The notes under the pieces were generated by a model that was not told the DNA's origin, made no database searches, and saw only the letters and a program-made list of their open reading frames with translations. A program made the position numbers and the translations under genes. This document shows positions 62,143 to 64,000 of a DNA stretch of 64,000 nt, in pieces (position 1 is the first letter of the stretch; each line of letters begins with the position of its first letter). Source of the DNA: a bacterium (GTDB lineage: Bacteria; UBA8248); NCBI GenBank assembly GCA_965213685.1, contig CBDBZY010000012.1, forward strand, positions 1 through 64,000, read 5' to 3'.

Positions 62143-64000
62143 CGCGCAAGGCCTCGCGGATTCGATTGGGAATCGACATCGGGGGCACGTTCACCGACCT
62201 CGTGCTCATGGATGAAGCCAGGGGTGCGGTCCACATCGCCAAGGTCCTGACCACGCCCGACGATCCCGCTGCGGGCGCGCTTTCGGGTTTTGGCCGCATA
62301 CTGGAGTCTGCCGGCCTGACCGCCCCGGACGTCGCGAGCGTCGTTCACGCCACCACCCTCATCACCAACGCCCTGATCGAGAGGAAGGGCGCTCGCACGG
62401 GCCTCATCACGACGCAGGGGTTTTCCGACGTCATCGAGATCGCCCGCGAGAAACGCTTTGATCTGTATGATCTGCACCAGGAGACGCCCGCGCCGCTGGT
62501 TTCCCCGGAATTGCGGGCGGAGGTTCCCGAGCGCGTGCATGTGGATGGCGAGATCGCGGTGCCCGTCGACCTCGAGGCGGTGAAAAGAGAGGCGCGAAAA
62601 CTCGTGGAACGGGGGGCGGAATCCATCGCCGTCTCCTTTCTCCACGCACCCGTGAATCCGAAGAATGAGGAGGCGGCCCGGGCCGCCCTCCTGGAAGCCG
62701 TCCCCGGGGTGCCCGTTTCGATTTCCTCCGCCGTGGCGCCGGAAACGGGAGAGTATGAGCGCGCGTCCACCACGGCGGCGAACGCTTATGCGCGGCCCAT
62801 CGCCGACGCCTATCTGACGCGCTTGCTGGAGAGCTTGGGGGATTCGGGATTCGGGGGGGATCTTTTCATCATGCTCTCGAACGCGGGCTTCGCGGGGATC
62901 GACAGCGTGCGGGAGCACCCGGTGAGAATCATCGAATCAGGGCCGGCGGGCGGTGCGCTCGCGGCCGCGCAAATCGCCAAATCCCGGAAGGAGGCCCACG
63001 CCTTGGGATTTGACATGGGCGGCACCACGGCCAAGATATGCCTGATCGAAAACGGAGAGCCCGCCACGGAGAACCGCTTCGAGGTGGCGCGGACGTCGAG
63101 ATTTCAAAAAGGAAGCGGCTTGCCCATCCTCTCGCCCACCGTGGATTTGGTCGAAATCGGAGCGGGCGGCGGTAGCATCGCGCAGATGAGCGCGCTGGGG
63201 CTGCTCCAGGTCGGCCCCCCAAAGCGCGGGGGCGGCCCCGGGGCCCGTTTGCTATGGCCGGGGAGGGGAGCGCCCCACCGTCACCGACGCGAATCTGGTT
63301 TTGGGCTACCTGAACCCCGATTTTTTCCTGGGCGGTGCCATGCGCCTCGACCCGGAAAAAGCGCGGGAGGCGGTTGCCTCCCTGGGGCGGAAGCTCGATA
63401 TGCGCGTGGAGGATGCGGCGTGGGGGGTGTATGAGATCATCACCGAGCAGATGGCGAGTGCGGCGCGCGTGCACATCGCCGAGAAAGGGGGCGACCCGAG
63501 AAATTACGTCCTGATCGCCACGGGGGGCGCCGCTCCCCTGCACGCCTGCCATATGGCGAAGAAGCTCTACATTCGCCGCATCGTTTGTCCGCCGGACGTG
63601 GGCGTGGCCTCGGCCGCCGGCCTCCTGGCGGCGCGGCCGAGGGCCGACGCCGTTCGTGCCCTGGTGTCCGACGTCGACGCGGTCGACTGGGCGCGCGTCG
63701 CCGAATTGTACGGGGAGATGGCCGCCCAGGTGAGAGATTCCCTGGGAGATGCGCTCCACGGGAGCGAGGAGCGGGAGATGCCATGCGCGGCCGATATGCG
63801 CTACCGGGGGCAGACGGATACGGTGAGCGTCCCCCTCCCCGGAGAAGGGGGCGTGCCGGTTCCGGACGCCGCAGCCGTGAAGGAATTGTTCGAGCGGGCG
63901 TACGCGAGGCGGTATCTGAGAAAAATCGAGAACGTGGCGGCGGAGGTGGCTGCCTGGCGGTTGGCGATGCTGGGGCCCCGCCCGGGCGCCGTGCGCGTCC
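62139..64000 (+). CDS. Hydantoinase A/oxoprolinase subunit (3' truncated; apparent frameshift ~63220)
   Basis: GIDIGGTFTD, HATTLITN, EYER, ESGPAGG, DMGGTT, IGAGGGS, PTVTDANL. Confidence 0.92.

Overview
GC-rich (roughly two-thirds G+C by eye) Gram-negative chromosomal window. Bases 1-27 kb hold a large envelope/LPS cluster: bamA-skp-lpxD-fabZ-lpxA-gnnA-like-lpxI-lpxB-DUF374-waaA-lpxK, opposite-strand lptFG, then waaF-gmhB-hldA-hldC-waaC-Trm112-glycosyltransferases-msbA-waaL. Next come dacA/dapA, an amidohydrolase, an MFS permease, an ABC importer, two 2-hydroxyacid dehydrogenases around an aquaporin, an OsmC-family gene, a TcuA-like flavoprotein, a TcmP/DUF5131 pair and a Tat-signal dioxygenase. 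After these lie an orphan double-domain protein, an M29 aminopeptidase, tRNA-Val, an NYN nuclease, a CocE hydrolase, a six-gene catabolic operon, zur/znuCB/znuA with a Zur box, an endonuclease III-like gene and a hydantoinase operon cut by the window edge. Many genes, including essential ones, have apparent 1-nt insertions, often in homopolymers, most likely sequencing errors. Best signals: (1) an OsmC-like selenoprotein split by the ORF track, with an in-frame UGA at 39220 and a SECIS-like hairpin; (2) repeated ~65-78 bp imperfect tandem duplications of gene 3' ends, one creating a translationally coupled 24-aa bridge ORF between znuC and znuB; (3) an uncharacterised TcmP methyltransferase-like/DUF5131 radical-SAM-like module with its own strong promoter; (4) a riboswitch-like leader before dapA. 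All calls come from reading the sequence; no searches were run.
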